Assembly (NCBI GenBank): GCA_905178155.1
Contig: CAJINV010000012.1
Span: 1,740,492 to 1,804,491 of the forward strand
DNA length: 64,000 nt
Reading direction: 5' to 3'
Source: Amoebophrya sp. A120
Taxonomy: Eukaryota > Protista > Dinoflagellata
The notes under the pieces are model-generated. The model saw nothing but the letters and a program-made list of their open reading frames with translations. It was not told the DNA's origin and made no database searches. The position numbers and the translations under genes were made by a program. This document shows positions 23,801 through 39,300 of this stretch, piece by piece. Positions within the stretch are counted from its first letter, which is position 1. Every line of letters starts with the position of its first letter.

Positions 23801-24326
23801 CGTATTAGAACGTGAGCAGTGAAACAACTGCGATAAAAATTGGGAAAAGTAATCATGTGTTTTTTTTTCTTCTGCATCAGTATACAAATACACAACCAAA
23901 AACTACAAAATTTACTGCTCTACTCGACGGCTCCCAAACAGTTTGGTACATGTTATCTGCTAATCTCTTTTTCCTACGAAACCAATTTGCTAAAAATCAT
24001 CTTCAAGCACAAGCTGCGCGCTGTAGTGGGCCATCGATGTCAACACCTGACGGCCAAGTAACGTACGAAGCTAGAAACAAAAGTCAATGCAAGTCAATTC
24101 TACTCTCTAACGGTAATGGGTAGAAACTTCAAGTGAAAAGCTAAAGCTAGTGTCTGTAGTTGCTGTTTGAGTACGACAATATCTCGCCTATTTTCAATGG
24201 TAATATTCATAAGAGCGATTGGGATAGCGAAAAGCTTGTAGGAGATAGGAGAAATACTCATCAGAAAATTTGAAAAAAATCAGACCTACATTCTCCTGGT
24301 TATACGAACTTCTTCCCTACTGGTAT

Positions 24327-27300
24327 TCACACCGCCCTAAACACCGTTCTGGGACTAAACGGCCCCTGTCCCACTTCTGAGTATGCGGCCACCCGGACTT
24401 GATACAGTTCGTTCGCGGTCAAGCCCGTCAGTGTGCAGTTTGTTGCCGTTTCATCCAGAGTGCCACAGCTCGTTATCGGTTCCGCGAGAATGGGCTGAGT
24501 TTTGTTGTTTTTGAATAAATGAGTGGAAGTGCAATGCGTTAGAAGTCAACCGAAATAAATTTCCAAACGAACCGTTCTTGTGCCTCACAAAAAAGTCATC
24601 AGTTTCATCAAAAGAAAACAAATTTCTCTACCGCCGTCGCACTCGTGCTGTTTCTGCCCATATCTCTAAAAACCCGGAATCCCAGCCCGCTGCTACTTCC
24701 GCCCCAACTGACCGGCGTCGACCACACGACCGTGTTGGTACTCATTACCACTCTCGGCTTCGTCACCTGTGCCGGGAGTGTCATGAATTTCAGTTCCCTG
24801 ACTACCGAGTCCTGGTAATAGCTATCCGTTGCAGTGAACTTCGCTTTGAAAGAATACGACCGGAGGAATCCGTTGAAGGTTTTATCAAATGCAAATATGT
24901 CTGGGTCTGGAAGGATGCGAGGTCTGTCATGCACATTTTGCATGACTTCTGATGTCTGTGATGCATGCCCTAGCATCACAGATTTTGTGAGGGATTCCTG
25001 ATGCCTATACCGCATGAGAAATGCCCTCTCGCCGTGGCAAAAACTGGACTGCTTTTCCTTTTGCTGTTCATGCAATACAGATTTTTGTAGAATCCAAAGT
25101 CAGCATCACAAGTTGCATCCTTGCTTCCAGACCGAGACATATTTGCAATGCATAGGTTTTTCCCAAAAGCAAATCAAATTTGCTCCTCTCCCTCACCACA
25201 AACTCGGTTTTCCGCGGGCCACGGAGCGCGCAATCTGGGATCAAATTCTCTTCCCTCTCCTTCTCCGTTGGATACAGCATCGTGTGTTTGTAGCTCGGCC
25301 ACACCTCTTGAAAATCGGCCGCGGCGGCGTTGTCTGCCGTTTCGGTCAAATACAAACGGAACCCGCTCGGGCCACCGCAAGAACTATCCAACCCGGAAAC
25401 GGCTGTTGGCCAGGAGACGATGAGCTTCTTGGATTCGTAGGTGGTTGGCTTAATACTTGGGATGACATTGGCAACGTCTGGTGGGCGGCAAGGGGTTGTT
25501 AGGCCGCTGGTTGCCGTTATGACCTCCTCGATTAGAAAGTTCGAGGCATTTTTACTATTCCCAGCGGTTAAAGAAGCAAACGTCGGCGCAGTGTTTTGTC
25601 CAAATTGGCTGTTTTCTGGGTTTAACAGATCGAAAAAATCCCGCATGCCGTATTTTGACTGCTCGACTTGCCCAGTTTCCGACTCCGCCAAAATCAAAAT
25701 TCTCGTCGCGTGCGGCGGTATTTTGTTCAGAATGTCAGCCTCGTAGCGCCGCTGTGCGATAGAAGCTGAAGAAGAAGAAGAATCACCAGCAGTTGTACTT
25801 GTCACGACACTCACGTCCTCGATCTTCTCAAACGGCCTTTCAAACAGGCAATTTGTCGTGTAGAATTGCCATGTTGTTTGTTGCTGTGTAGAAGTAGAAG
25901 TTGCAGCACTACTACTACTTGATGCAGCATTACCTCCAGTGCTTCTCTTCGTCCCAGAGAATTTCAATTTCCCGCTACTCACATCCAGTGAAACCGCGGT
26001 CGCTTTATCAAAGTAATCCCTCACCGGGATTGGTTGCTCACTGAAAACCACATTTCTCGGTTTGTGCACCAACTGAATCGACAAAGTGCTCCGACTGCCG
26101 TAAATCACCGGCGTGTTCGGCGGAATGGCGATTTCCACCTTCGAATCGGTTTGGTAACTCGTCGAAATCAAATTCGCTACCGCGTATTCTAAGACCACTG
26201 CGTGTTCGTAATCTTTGACGATTTTGTTCGTCGACACCGAAGCGGACACCAAGTCGTTTAGAACCCCGTTGGTCTGTTTCGTTCTCGTGGTGCGCGCACC
26301 CGTCGGGTACTCCTGACTGTCAAACATGGACTCGTCGTGACTCATCGGTTTTATCAGTAATTTCTGCTGCTCTAGTTCATCGTCAAAAACCACCGTTTCA
26401 TTGAACCTCGGGATCGGGGTCATCGCCATGGTCGCGGAAGAATCGTAGCCGGAGTGTTGCATTATCGTTTGTTTTGTCGTGTTGATCTCCAATCGCATCA
26501 CTTGTTCATATTGATTCTCTACTTTCTTCATATCCGACCCCGGAACGAACAAAACCCTTAAAACCAAATCTTTCGCAATCGATTCCCACGTGGCGGAGGA
26601 CTTGTAGCTGTTCGCGTTAAAAACGTTTTTCATGTTTTTCGCTTTTTGTAAATTGATTTCGACATTATTCTGCTCGTTGTCGAAAGTGGGAGTTTTCGAT
26701 TTGTACTTATCGAATTCCGACCTCGTCGCCGCGTTTTCCTCCAACCCAGTTGCTAATCTAAACTCCCCCGACTCAGGCGACATGGGGCCGTAGAAAGTCC
26801 GTGGGTTTGTCAAAGGCGTCGATGATTGAAACGGGGCGAAAAGTGGCAAAATCGACCCTCTCTCTTGCTTCACTTTCGCCTGATCCTCCGCTCTTAGTAA
26901 ATCCGCGTAGGTTTTCATCCATTCTTCAAGTAAGCTGTTCCTCCCGGGCACTGTGTCGTTCTTTGTCTGTAAGTCGTTGGGGAAGTCTCCATACCCGCTT
27001 TTCAATTGCTCCGATTCCCCTGGTGGAAATTTAAAGCTTAACTTCCCCCCGACCTCGTGCAAATCCGGGTCTTCGTCTAAAAATTCCAAGTCGCGTAGTG
27101 TGAATCTCCGGTCGCACTCCTTGATTCTTTTCCGCGCCAGCTGGACTTTTGCGTTCCCGGCCAGCATTCGCGCGTTTGTCGCGTACAATACCAAATCGGA
27201 ATACGTGTTGGACCAAGTGGGCAAATTTATCTCCACCTCCGCTGTGTAGAATAACTCATTCCTGTCCACAATATTCAACTCCGATTTCTTCACTTTCTTC

Positions 27301-30300
27301 ACCACAATCTGCTTCCTTTTCGCCTGCCTCGAATCCTCCGGAACTTGCTTCTTTTCATAGTCCGGGATTCGGCTGACCACCGTTGTTATTCACTGCAAAT
27401 ATGTCTGGGTCCTCTGGAAGAACCAGGTCTGTCATGCGTATTTTGCATGACCCATGATGCCTGTAATGCATGATCTAGCATCACCAATTTTTTGGGGGCT
27501 TGCTCATGCTATTCCGCATGAGAAATTCCCTCTCTGCGACGTAGTGCAAACTGGGCTCCTGTTGCTGGTCATGCAATACAGAGTTTTTTAGAATCCAAAA
27601 ACAGCATCACAAGTTCCAACCTTCCAGACCCAGACACATGTGCATTTAATAGTTGTCTCAACCAACCTTTCGGTCTTCTCACTGGTCACGTGCGTTTTCG
27701 CAGCAGGATTCTCGTTAGACCGAAAGGGGTTCAGCTCCGCGACTCTTGGGTGGCAGTCTCGGTACTGGTTCATAGGGATGGATTTGGAATGGGGTAGATG
27801 TTGCGTCTCCGTCACGGTTGCATCCCCAGAGTAGAACATCGGAACGTAGGGATAATTTTCCGTCAAAACGTACCCGTACCCCTCCATCGGCACCTCGTTT
27901 ACATCAACAAAATTTTCGCTCGTGAAATCAAACCCGTTCGCCTCGTCTAAGTGACAGGCCCCGAGTGGGACCTGCATGTTGTTCGGAGAGCTCCCGACAC
28001 CTCGATAGATATAATCGGACTCACTGTCCCCTTGCAGCGTGTTGGAGTCGGATTGTGCCTGCATGGAGTTATCTGGGTAGAAAATTGTCGTGTCGTTGTT
28101 TATTAAACTCGTGGTTATAGTAGTGCTGTTCCCTAAATTCAGATTGCCCATCGAGTCCTTCACAATTTCCCGTGTACTCGCGTGGACAGCATCATGCGCG
28201 TTGAAGTCGAAGTTGGAAAATTGGGTTTTCAAGTAGTAATATGCATTGCAAATAGTAAGCGTACTAGTCGAAATAGCAGGGCAAATTTCTCCAGAAAGAA
28301 AAATGCAATTTGTAATGCTGAACTAGCTAAGAAACCAGATCTGTCATGCTGTATTGCAATTATCAGTACGAGTACGATACTTTTTCTTTTGCTGCGGATA
28401 AGTAACAGGACTTGAACAGCGCGTGATCGCAGTTCGCGTAGACCTATCGCAAGAAAAAACTGTTTCGCTGTATCTGTAAACTTGTTGTGCATAAAATGGA
28501 ACACAGAACTATTTGTCTTGCTACACCTACAAGACCTTGACTCTTTAAGGGTGTTTTCCCTTTGGAGGGAGCATGGCAAATTTTCTGTGTCATCTGTAAG
28601 AAACTTGTGATGCAGGCCTTGCAAAACCATCACAGTGAAACAGTTTTTTCGTGGGATAAGACCGGAAACCCGTCTAGTAACCACCCGACGTGATTGCAGC
28701 CGGATTTCTTGTAACTACCCGCCTTGGAGGAACTGGAAAGAGTACTGATAGAAGCGGTGTTTGTCGTGCTAGAGCTGCTACTCCTGGTAGATGTAGAACT
28801 CCGACTATTTTTACTTCTGTCAAAGCAATCAAAAGAACAAGCCCTCACCTGCGCGTTGACGAAATGGTGGTGGTAAACGCACTGTTCATCCGCGTGCCCG
28901 GCGCAGTTGTCCAGAAACTGCAGCTCGTTACTCGGATGAAAAGCGACACTACCTTATCATTTGTAAAAACGCCCCCACTCCAGAGCTGTAATGCAAATCT
29001 GCATGCTGGCAATGTTTCTCATGCGGGGACCCATGCATAGTAAGCAGTTTCTATTGGTGCTTTGAGATTTGTGATGCTCAAATCCGCGTGGTATGCTCGA
29101 CCTGTGATGCTGCTGCACTAGCTGAACCCGACTACATTACGACCCCAGATTTGTCATGCGAAACAGCCAAAGCCTGGCGATTCGTCTAGCAGATCTCCCA
29201 TCTTGACTCTGGGGTGGGGACGTTTTTGCTCACCATATCCCTTCTCGGTTCGCGAACGGGTTGTAGAGAAAAGCGCCGGTTCGTAATACCCCGATCACAC
29301 CCAGTGGCGTTTTCTTCTTCGGAATTGTATTGGAGATTCTCACTGGTTTTAATTTCAGTTTATACTCCCGCGGCTGCTCGCAGATCTCGTTTGGCGCAGC
29401 GGGGTTCTGGCCATACAAATGGTTCGGGATACCGTTTGTTCTGATCACCCGAACTTTTTCATTACTGGTGATGTCAGACTTTTCCACTAATTCTTGGTAC
29501 CTCGATCGCACCGCATCCCCGCACGCCCTGGCGGACGTTGCTCTGCAAGACAACGGCGTGTTAGTGGAGTGTTTATTTTCACTACTGCTGTGCGCATGCG
29601 CGGTATTCGGACTGGTTACTAGAGACGATGTCACAACAGTGGACTTTTCCACTTTCAACCCACCGGAATTTTCTATCGATTCCTCTACCACGAAATACAG
29701 CCTATCGATCTTCTCTTCCAAAAACGCGAAGTTTTGAATAGTGACCAGCAAGTTTAACTGATTCGGTTCGCAATTCCGGTCGTTGAAACTCATGAAGGAA
29801 AAAGCGTCCAGCTTGGTCAGTGCGTCCTGCTGGTCGAAATAGAGGAATTTTTGCGGGTTGTAGATTGCAGTCGACGGTGTGGTACTAGAAATTGCTGCAC
29901 CGTTCATCTTTTCTGTCACTGTCCACTTGTCCTGATAACTCCCAGCCGGTCTTTTGAACACCGAATCCTCCACAATCGGCGCGTCACTGGCTGCTAATGT
30001 TCTCCTACTCTCTACTTCCCGAAGCGACCTAGATCTGGTGTGCACTGACCCGTGTTTCGTGTCATAAAACAAATTCGCTTGCGACTGCTTCGTCTTCGCG
30101 GAGGACCTTTCAAAACTGTCCTTCACCCCAGGGAGTCCCGCGTTTGCCAAATCATTCAACTTCTCTTCCAATTTCTCCAACTTATCCCCTGAAAACGTGC
30201 CGGAGCTTGTTGTAAAAGACCACAAATCACTTCTCTTCGACTTTTCCAGCTCGAGACTCACATCGAGTAACGGAATTGCGGAATAAGCTCTTCTCTCCTT

Positions 30301-33300
30301 ATTCGACGCCAAGATCAAATACTTCGCCCACTTCGGCTTTTCCATCACGGGGAGCTGCACGGGGGGTTTCCGGACTTTCCCGATCAACTCTTTGGATAAA
30401 TCCAGAATCCTCGGTTTCTCATAGGGGTGTCTGTGTCCCTGGTATTCGGGTTGCAAAATCCCGTCTCCCCCGTAGTTTAAATTCATGTTATTGTTCCCGG
30501 CTTGGTCCACCTCGAAGTTGTTGTTTTCTTTCAGCGTTTTCTGCTCCGCGCCACCGATCTCTTTATCATAATCCTCCCCGAAAGGGTCTTGCTTCATCAC
30601 CTTCACATCCGTGTTGAAACCGAAAGAGCTGGAGAAAGTCTGCGGGGTGGTTTGGTATTCCGTTAGTCTGCTGGTGAATTGCGTTGGCTCTAAGAAAACC
30701 GTTTTGTAATTCAAATTCGCGGACTCGGAGAAATAGAGTTTCAAATAATCCTCCGGATCGTGCTGGTTCGCCGCGTCAAACATGTAGGAAAACGTCACAT
30801 CCCCGGCGATGAAGTCTTTTCGTAAGTCGAAATCCTCAAACTGCAGATCCGCGACGAGATTTTTCACCACATCATACACTTCCGTCGTGGAAAAGGAGTC
30901 CGTCGGGATTTTGTTCTCGTGGTTCGTCTATGAAATGGAAATATGTCTGGGTCTGGAAGATTGCATGTCTGTCATGCTTGTCTGGCGTGAGTCTTCAATC
31001 TCTCATGCACATTACCCAAGCGCTGCACTTTTTTGTCATGCAGAATTAGGCAACACCTAGAAGCTCAGAAACTTGTCATGCTGAGCCAGCACTTGTGGCC
31101 TGCTCGTGATACGCCACCCAGCATCACAAGTTTCCAGACCACCCAGTCATACTTGCAATGCATATCGTCCTTTTGTCCGCAATTCTGACCGCGAAGAAGT
31201 TTTGGTGGAGTAGAGAAACTTTTGGGTTGAACAAGTGTTCTCCCGTTTTCAAGTTTTCCCTCAGTTTTCCGAAATCCGCAGGGCCGGTGTTGGCGGAATC
31301 GAGGTCCTCAATAATCGCGTATGATTTTTTTTCCGTAGGAATCGTGTGGTATGCAACTACACAAATTATCACTTCCGCACACGTAGTACAAAAAGCATGA
31401 CAAATAACTCGGCCAACTTGGATCATGTAATTTGTCATGCTGAATTGGATTGATGGAAAGTTTTGTCATGGAGGAACCGCATGTTTTTGTACGTCGTGTA
31501 CGGAACAAGTAGATTTACTGTTGATATGTGCCTCCTGGAATAGCCCACATCCGGGTTCAAACCCACAGCGGTGTAACGGGGATGCTTCGCGGTTTCACCC
31601 GCAATTCCAGACGGCGTGAAGTTGTAGGCTTCATACGTGATCTTATCCGTCGTTATGGATTGCAGAAGTGTCTGGGTCTGGAAAGTTGGAACTTGTGATG
31701 CTGCATTTGGATTCTAAAAAAATCTGTATTGCATGAGCAGCAAAGAGAGTCCAAGTTTTGCTACACGGAATGCGCATTTGTCATGCGGTATAGGCATCAG
31801 GAAGCCCTCACAAAATCTGTGATGCTAGGGCATGCATCACAGACATCAGGAGTCATGCAAAATGTGCATGACAAACCTTGGATCCTTCCAGACCCAGACA
31901 TTTTTGCATTTGATAGTCGTGAACTCCTTGCAATTGGACCCATCCGCAGCGCAACTCGGGTCTGTTGTCGTCTCAAACGCTCTTGTCACCCCAGAAGCGC
32001 TCGCGTTCACCAACAACTGCTCGACCTTCAGCGACTCGAGTCCGATAAAGTGCATCCCCTCCAAGGAATTCTGGTTGCTTAAGCTCGCGTAATCCAATTC
32101 CGCGACCAAATTCGGCCTTATCAAGTCTCCGAAAGCATCGACGTTATCTGCCTGGTAGATCTCGACCTTGCAGTGCGGGATCAAATCCTTTCTGATCAAG
32201 GGGTTCGACCACTGCAGCAAACCAGAGATGTACCCATAGTTCGGATTCAAGTCTTTGAAAAGCAAATTGCTCACAGTGGAGGTTTGGTCGAAAATCGACA
32301 CAGATAAACCGTTGGATTTTATCCTCTTCGAAGGGTTGTTGCTTGTTCCGGATGTTTGTTTGCTCACTTTTCCGATTTTCACCGTCACCACGGTCGCGCG
32401 GGGAGAAGTCAGATACGTGTTGTATTCGAAGGTAAACGCAGTACTACCGTTGTAAGCGGAGCCGATGTACCTCTGGACGGATTCCGCGTTGAAATCGCCA
32501 AGGAAGATATCATAGCGGATGTTGCTGTACTGTTTCTTGCTGTAGTCGGTCGCGGGGTCTAGTGTTTCGGTCTCATCTCCTGTCATCAACCCGTCTTCAG
32601 TTTTGTCTAACTTGCTGGATCTGTGCAGCAGTTCCCAGGTCAACTTTCCCTTAATCAGCCCCGTTTGGTAATCCTCGTCGAGAAACTGCAGATTTTTCAC
32701 GGAATAGTCCTCATCGGTAATCTCCAAAATCCGCACTTTGGTCTGATAAAAATCGTTCAAGTCGTACGACAAGTCCGCTTTTTGGTAATAAGGCTGCGAG
32801 GACACCTGCTGGCCTTTGCTGGTCAACGCCGACAAGAACAGATTCGGGAGAAAAGGAGTAGCTGTTTCTTCAACCACAGAGGAGTGCGCCACGTGGTTCC
32901 CATCGCCGGTCGCCGCGTGGTCGACGATCCGGGTTAGGGAGTGCCCGTACGGATTGTAACTCGCCAAGACTGGGATAGGTTCGACCTGCCCGGATGTTGT
33001 ACTGCTAGAAGAACTATCCACTTCACCCAAATCCAATTCCGTTTTTCCCGCATCCACCACGCCGAGCACCCTTTTATCCGTCCCAAATTCATCCTTCGCC
33101 GCTTCGACGAGGATTTTGTCCACAAACAGCACATCGGAGTGTTTCGGGACAAAATTCTTCCGCCAGAGATTTTGTTGCGCGGTCGTGTCTAAAGATTCCC
33201 CGTCGGGGGAAAAGTAGGAGAGCACGGAGGAAAACATGGTGGTTGATTCCCCAGTTGTAGCAGGCTGTCCGTACGCAGACTCGGATCCAGCGGGTAAAAC

Positions 33301-36300
33301 ACTGGTCGAAAAAGCGTCCTTCTGGACCGCTTCCACCGCAAACGGGTTGATGGTTCCATCTAACGTCGAATGCTCCAAGAAATACGCGGAACTTTTTTCT
33401 GTTCTCCCGAACTCGCTGCTTGTCATATCCTCGATGAACTTCGTCATGTTCTGCTTCAACAACCGGAATTTTACCTGCCCGTCCATCTCGTTTTCATCGA
33501 TATCGGTGTCTGTGAAAGAAACCTGCTCCATATGACAGCGCACAACTCGAACTCCCCCTCCTACTGATTTGTCATGCAAAATAGCCAATCCGCCCTTTGA
33601 CTCTTAGCACTGTTTGCATGACAAGTTCTGGTTGGTGCCCAAATAGCACTACACGCTAGTGCAAATTTGTCATGCAAAACCGACATTCTTGCTTAGGCTT
33701 GTATTGCCGTTCATGCGATACAAATGAGGGGGAGGGGGAGTTGTGCACTGTCATACTCCAGCGCCAAATGCCTGTCGTTGATGAACGTCGAGGCGTATCC
33801 TGTGCAAAAGTATCGCACTCGTACTAATCGCAGTCATGCAAGACAAATTTCTTTTTGAAGCGAAATCAGCATGACAAGTTCCATTTGTCATGCTGAGCTA
33901 ATTTGTATTGCAATACTACGAGTACGATGCTTTTGCAGTGCATAAAGCGAAAGGGGTTTGAGTCGCTGCCGGTAAAGTGTCCACCGCGGAACTACTGCCG
34001 AAGGGATAAGCGACCAAAAAGCTGTAGTTCCCGGGAGTTGCTCCTCTTCCGGTGCTAATCTTCGTGTCCTCAAGGATTTCGAATTTGAGACTTTTCGTCA
34101 AATCCTGAGACGTGGCAGTGTAGGAGAATTGTCCGAGTTTTAGCAGGTCCGCATTCGGATTCGTTTTCCTCCCATCAGCCTCCTGCGACAAAAACAAGCC
34201 AACGCCGTGGCTGCTGGATGGTGTAGGGATTTGAACCACGCCCGCGATTTCGCCTAAGTCCAAATCCAAATCATCGAAGTACAAACTGCGCATCGTCGGA
34301 GTAGTACTGGTAGCCGGCTGCGTCAACTCCGCATTCCAATCCTCCACGCGGATGGCAAACCCCATCTGCTTCGCGTACAGCGTTTCCATCAGAAGCTTTT
34401 TCTCATGCGCGTTCGCTAGTTGTGCGCTGTCGAGAAAGGTGCTAAGCGGGCTGGTGAAGTTCTCATACGCGGTCAAAATTGTGTCAACTTGCGGATCCAA
34501 TAGCCGCAACTCCGCGATCTCCTCGCTGCTTCTCGACCGGATGGGGAAAATGACCAGTGTATCCTGACTTGTGAAATCCGCGTTTTCGATCTGCAACAAA
34601 CTCGTAAACCGCAGCTTCTCCGACTCCCAGAACAAGCCTGTGGCTTGGTGGCTTGTTTATCCTGTGCAAAAGCATCGCAGTCGTATTGCAATCATGCATT
34701 ACAAATCTTTTTCTTATAGGTCAATCAGCATTACAAATTTTATTTCTCATGCTGAGGACATTTGTAATGCATTTATACGAGTACTACTTACGATACTTTT
34801 GCATTTCATATTGTTTCCTGCTCGACAACTTCCGGAAAATCGTTCTTGATGAGCGCCGTTTCCGGGATAATTGGCATCACTTCCTCCTTCATAAACGCGA
34901 CGAGAAAGTTGTTCGAAGAAGTACTAGACTGCTGCACTACTCCCGCCTGTAGTTGGTTGTCTGGCGAGTTGTAATTTTCCACTAAATCGTAGCTCAGGGA
35001 AGAATTCGCGATAAACCTGTAGTCCGCGACAGAGGAGGACACCGCATGGACGCCCGGCTTAATTACTTCGGTTTGGTTGATGATATCGAAGCCCGTTGTG
35101 GAGCTCATGACTGACTGCAAACGGCTAGCGCTGATGTCCGCAATTGTTGTCGAAAGTAGACCTGCTGAGGAAGAAGCACCACTATTCGACGGTGGCGGGA
35201 CATAGCTCATCTCGTGCCGGAACAGCGTCTCCCCAAATCCAGCACCATACCTCTGCTCACGGTCTTCGTCTTTGACAGTGGTGGTCCTGTTTTGAAAAGC
35301 AGTACTTCCTCCGGCCATCCACCCGTTACCGGATTCGACGTCGTGAGTTATGAATTGCAAGCGTGTCTGGGTCAGGAAGATTGCCAGGTTTGTTTATGCA
35401 TTTTTTGCATGACCCATGATGTCTGTAATGCCTAACCTAGCATCACAGATATTTAGAGGGCTCCCTGATGCCGATTCCGCATGAGAAATGCCCTCTCCGC
35501 GGATCACAAACTGGCACTGGGCTCCTGCTCTTGCTGGTCATGCAGTAAAGATTTTTTGGGAATCTACGGACAGCATCACAAGTTGCGACCTGCCAGATCC
35601 AGACACATTTGCATTTCATATGAATAAAAGTGGAGCTATTCGTGCTGTAGACCAAATACCCGACGATCAATGGGTTCGCATTGCCGTTCGCGATTTGTTT
35701 TCGTTCCAGTTCTTGGTTGAGAATTTTGCGTAGCCTATATCAAAAGGAAAAATCCGCCCTCCCCGTATCGAAAAGGAAATTTGTGATACTGTTTTTGAGT
35801 TATACCAGTCGAGGTCGACTTGCAATGCTAGAAGGCCAAGAGCCGCAGCCGTGGCCTCGTTTGCAGGCAATTTGTCATGCTGTTTCCCACTTCCAGCCGC
35901 CTCCTGTCATGCTGAAGACGCAAGGCTTTCCCACGCCAGCCAGCACTACAGTCCGCATCTTTTCCCTTCTAGCATGACAAAGCTGATTTGTGGCCACAAA
36001 TCTGCATCACAGATTTCCGTTTTGATATGGGGAGGGGGGATTTTTCTTCTTGATAACCTACAGTTGATATCTTTCTTCCGCAAAGCCGTCGTTTCGCACT
36101 CCTTCTTGTCGAAAGCATAGAAAAATGAACTGCAAAAGTATCGCACTCGTATAAATGCATTACAAATTTTCGCAGCATGAGAAAGAAAATTTGTAATGCG
36201 GATTGATCTTAAAAAAGGGATTTGTAATGCATGATTGCAATACGAGTACGATACTTTTTCACAGGATAAGAGGCGGTTCTTGCTCTGAGTAGTTGTTACA

Positions 36301-39300
36301 ACCGGATAAGCCCTGGTTGCGAGAGTTCCAAACGTCTGGCTGGAACTACTGTACCCACTGCTCGGCTTTTCATCCTCGATCAATTTCTGATAAGTTGAAA
36401 TCGGCTGGGCGTGCCTTAAATCCCCGGAAATCTTGTTTTCCTTCACATTCTTATCCGTGAAATGCGAAATCGTCTCGGACATCTGGAGAAACGCGGCGGG
36501 AGAGGATTGCTGAAAGAATTTCGACTTCGCGTAAATCAGGAAGTACTTGCTTCTTGCTAAAAACTTCTCCTCGTTCTCCTTCAAAGACAAGAACGGGTTG
36601 TAGAAATTCGCCGCGGTTCGAACATTATCGACCGATAAACTGTTCACATTCTCAAAAACCTCCCGTCTGGCGATGTTGCTCGCCCCGCCGTAGAAATTCA
36701 CCAGAGAGGGGCACTGGAAGGAGGATAAAGTTGCGTGTCTCCTCGCGTTAGTGACAGAAATCGTTGTGTCCAAGCTGAAATCCTCTGCTGCCGTCGCCGT
36801 GGTTGAAGATACAGCAGTTGAGTAGGACTTCGTGTATGGTTTCAAAAGATTTCCGCTATCCGCAAACTTTTCCTTCTTCACCAGTTCCGTGCTTTTATCC
36901 TGTGCAAAACTATCGCACTCGTAGTAATTGCATTCATGCATTACAAATTTTTTTCTTAAGGTAAATCCGCATGACAAATTTTATTTCTCATGCTGGGGAA
37001 ATTCGTAATGCATTTATACGAGTACGATACTTGTGCACAGGATAGTTTTCCGGCAGAAACAACTTCACGGGGAACTCCGGGAAGGGAGTTTTGAAAACAA
37101 ACTTCGTCAGCCCAAACTCTTTCTGCTTTGTTGAATTTGACAAAAGAAGCAGGTTTGGATTCCCACCGGAATAGTCGCTGGTCGTCACGTCAATGACGGT
37201 GGCGAATTCTTCTGTTGTTAGTCCGTCTGGCATAGTCTTGTTGTAGGAGAAAACTTCTTTAAACCCGCCAAAAGCCATCTCCTCCGCCGTGTGCGCGTGA
37301 ATCGCATTGTAGAGATACTCTTGGGTCACCTGCGAGTCCTCGACAGCACTTGTCATGCTGGACTGACTGGATGAAAACCCTTTTTCCAGCACAAAGTTCC
37401 GCCCCAAAGGGTTGTTCGCCGTCCAATTTGGATACAAGGCAATAACATCCTGGACGAAGGAAGAGAACTTCCCTTCGGAGCTCTCAAAATAACTGGACAA
37501 CTGCGGTTGCACCCGCATCGCATTTGCGAGAGCCGCTGCATTTGGAACAATTTGCTCTGCCGTGATTTTCTGCGCATTTTCCTTGCTCCTTTCGGAAAGA
37601 ATGGTAACCGGATAGCCCTCCAATAAATACCTCTCATCGTCCGTCGGAACTCCGAAAATTGCTGGTTCAACAGCACTTGTAGTGCCACCACCACTACCTG
37701 CTTTCAACCCCATCGGCGGAAGCCCTTGTAAGTCCTGCAATATCTCCCGTTTCCCGCTCTTCGAGAGCGAAAAAGGCGAGTAGAAAAACGTGTAATTGTG
37801 CGCATCCCTCTGACTGTTCCGCACGTCCCCCGGAGGCCAGAACTCCTGCGCAGAATCAAACCCGGAGATCTTGCTGGCGAGTTCGTTCAACCGTTTGTCC
37901 TCAAACACCACTGTGCTGTAGATCTGATTTCTATTCCCGAAGTTTTTGTCCATTGGATTCATGTTCATCCTTTGCTGGACAGTCAATGCGGCTAGTTTGT
38001 TCGCATCCAAGTAATTCGCCGGGTTGTTTTCCTCCTCTATTCGGATTACCCTTGTGTTCCGCCCGGTCGTACTGTTCGAAGTGTAAATGGCTAATTCCGA
38101 GATCGTATCAAATGCAAAAATATCTGGGAGGTCTAGACACTTGTAATGCTAAAAGTGAATGAGACGAGTTCCACTGCAATATGGAGCCAAGCATGGCAAA
38201 TTTTTGGGCTCCAGTGTGTTGCGTGTTCCGCATGGCAAGAAACTGCGTTTTTGCATGACAGGTAAGAAGACAGCTTCGTGCCCATGCGTCACAGATTCTT
38301 GAGCCATGTCAGACATGCATGACAAATGTAGCAATCTTCCAGACGCAGACACTTTTGCATTTGATAGATCAAATTCTGCGAAAACTCATCCACCGTTTGT
38401 CCCCAATTCAAGAACCCGGAAATCTCGTTGAAATCTGGATCCGTGTCCACGGCGAAGAAATCTTTGAAGGAGACAAAATTATCCCGAAGGATTGTCCCGC
38501 CGGCTGTCGGGTCTTGCTTCGAAGGGACAGATATCAAGTGCAAATATATCTGCGATGGAAGGTTGCCGGGTTTGTCATGTATATTTTTCATGACCCATCG
38601 TGCCTGTAATGCATGACTTAGCATCGCAGATTTTTGGAAAGCTTTCTGATGCCTACTCCGCATGACAAATGCCCTCCTCGCGTAGCACAATCCGGGCTCC
38701 TCTTGTTGGTCATGCAATACAGATTTTTTTAGAATCCAAAGACAGCATGACAAGTTTGGATCCTTCCAGACCCCGACATATTTGCAATGTATAACAGAAT
38801 TCGCGTACACGTAGCTGGACTCGGAAATCAAACTCGCGTAGTCGGAAGCGACGCCGTATCATGTGCAAAAGTATCGCACTCGTACAGATGCAAGTCTTGC
38901 ATTACAAATCTTGTTTCCATGGCAAATCTGCATTACGAATTTTATTTCTCATGCTGGGGAAATTTGTAAATGTAATGCATCTATACGAGCACGATGCTTT
39001 TGCAATTCATAGGCCGCCGGCCACATTGATGATCTTGGATTTCGAGGGGGAAGCGGAGTAGAGAGAGGAGATATGCTGGCTACTAGTACTGGAAGATGCT
39101 GCTGCTGCGCTGGCTGAAGGTGCAGTCGCTCCTCCCAGCGCTGCGACGTTCCAGGTCTCTTTCGACCCCCCGTGATTCGCTTTCAAGTGTGTCACTGTCG
39201 TGACTGTTCTTTCACTTTCCACTTCAAAATCACCCTCGTAAACCACCGTCGCTTTCTTTTCAAATTCCGTGTCATTCATTAACTGGGAAAAGACCAGACT

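Noticed and set aside
28844-28852. CAG|GTGAG canonical-looking donor in the YHYH exon
   Set aside because: The frame reads through to GWLLDGFPV without needing an intron.
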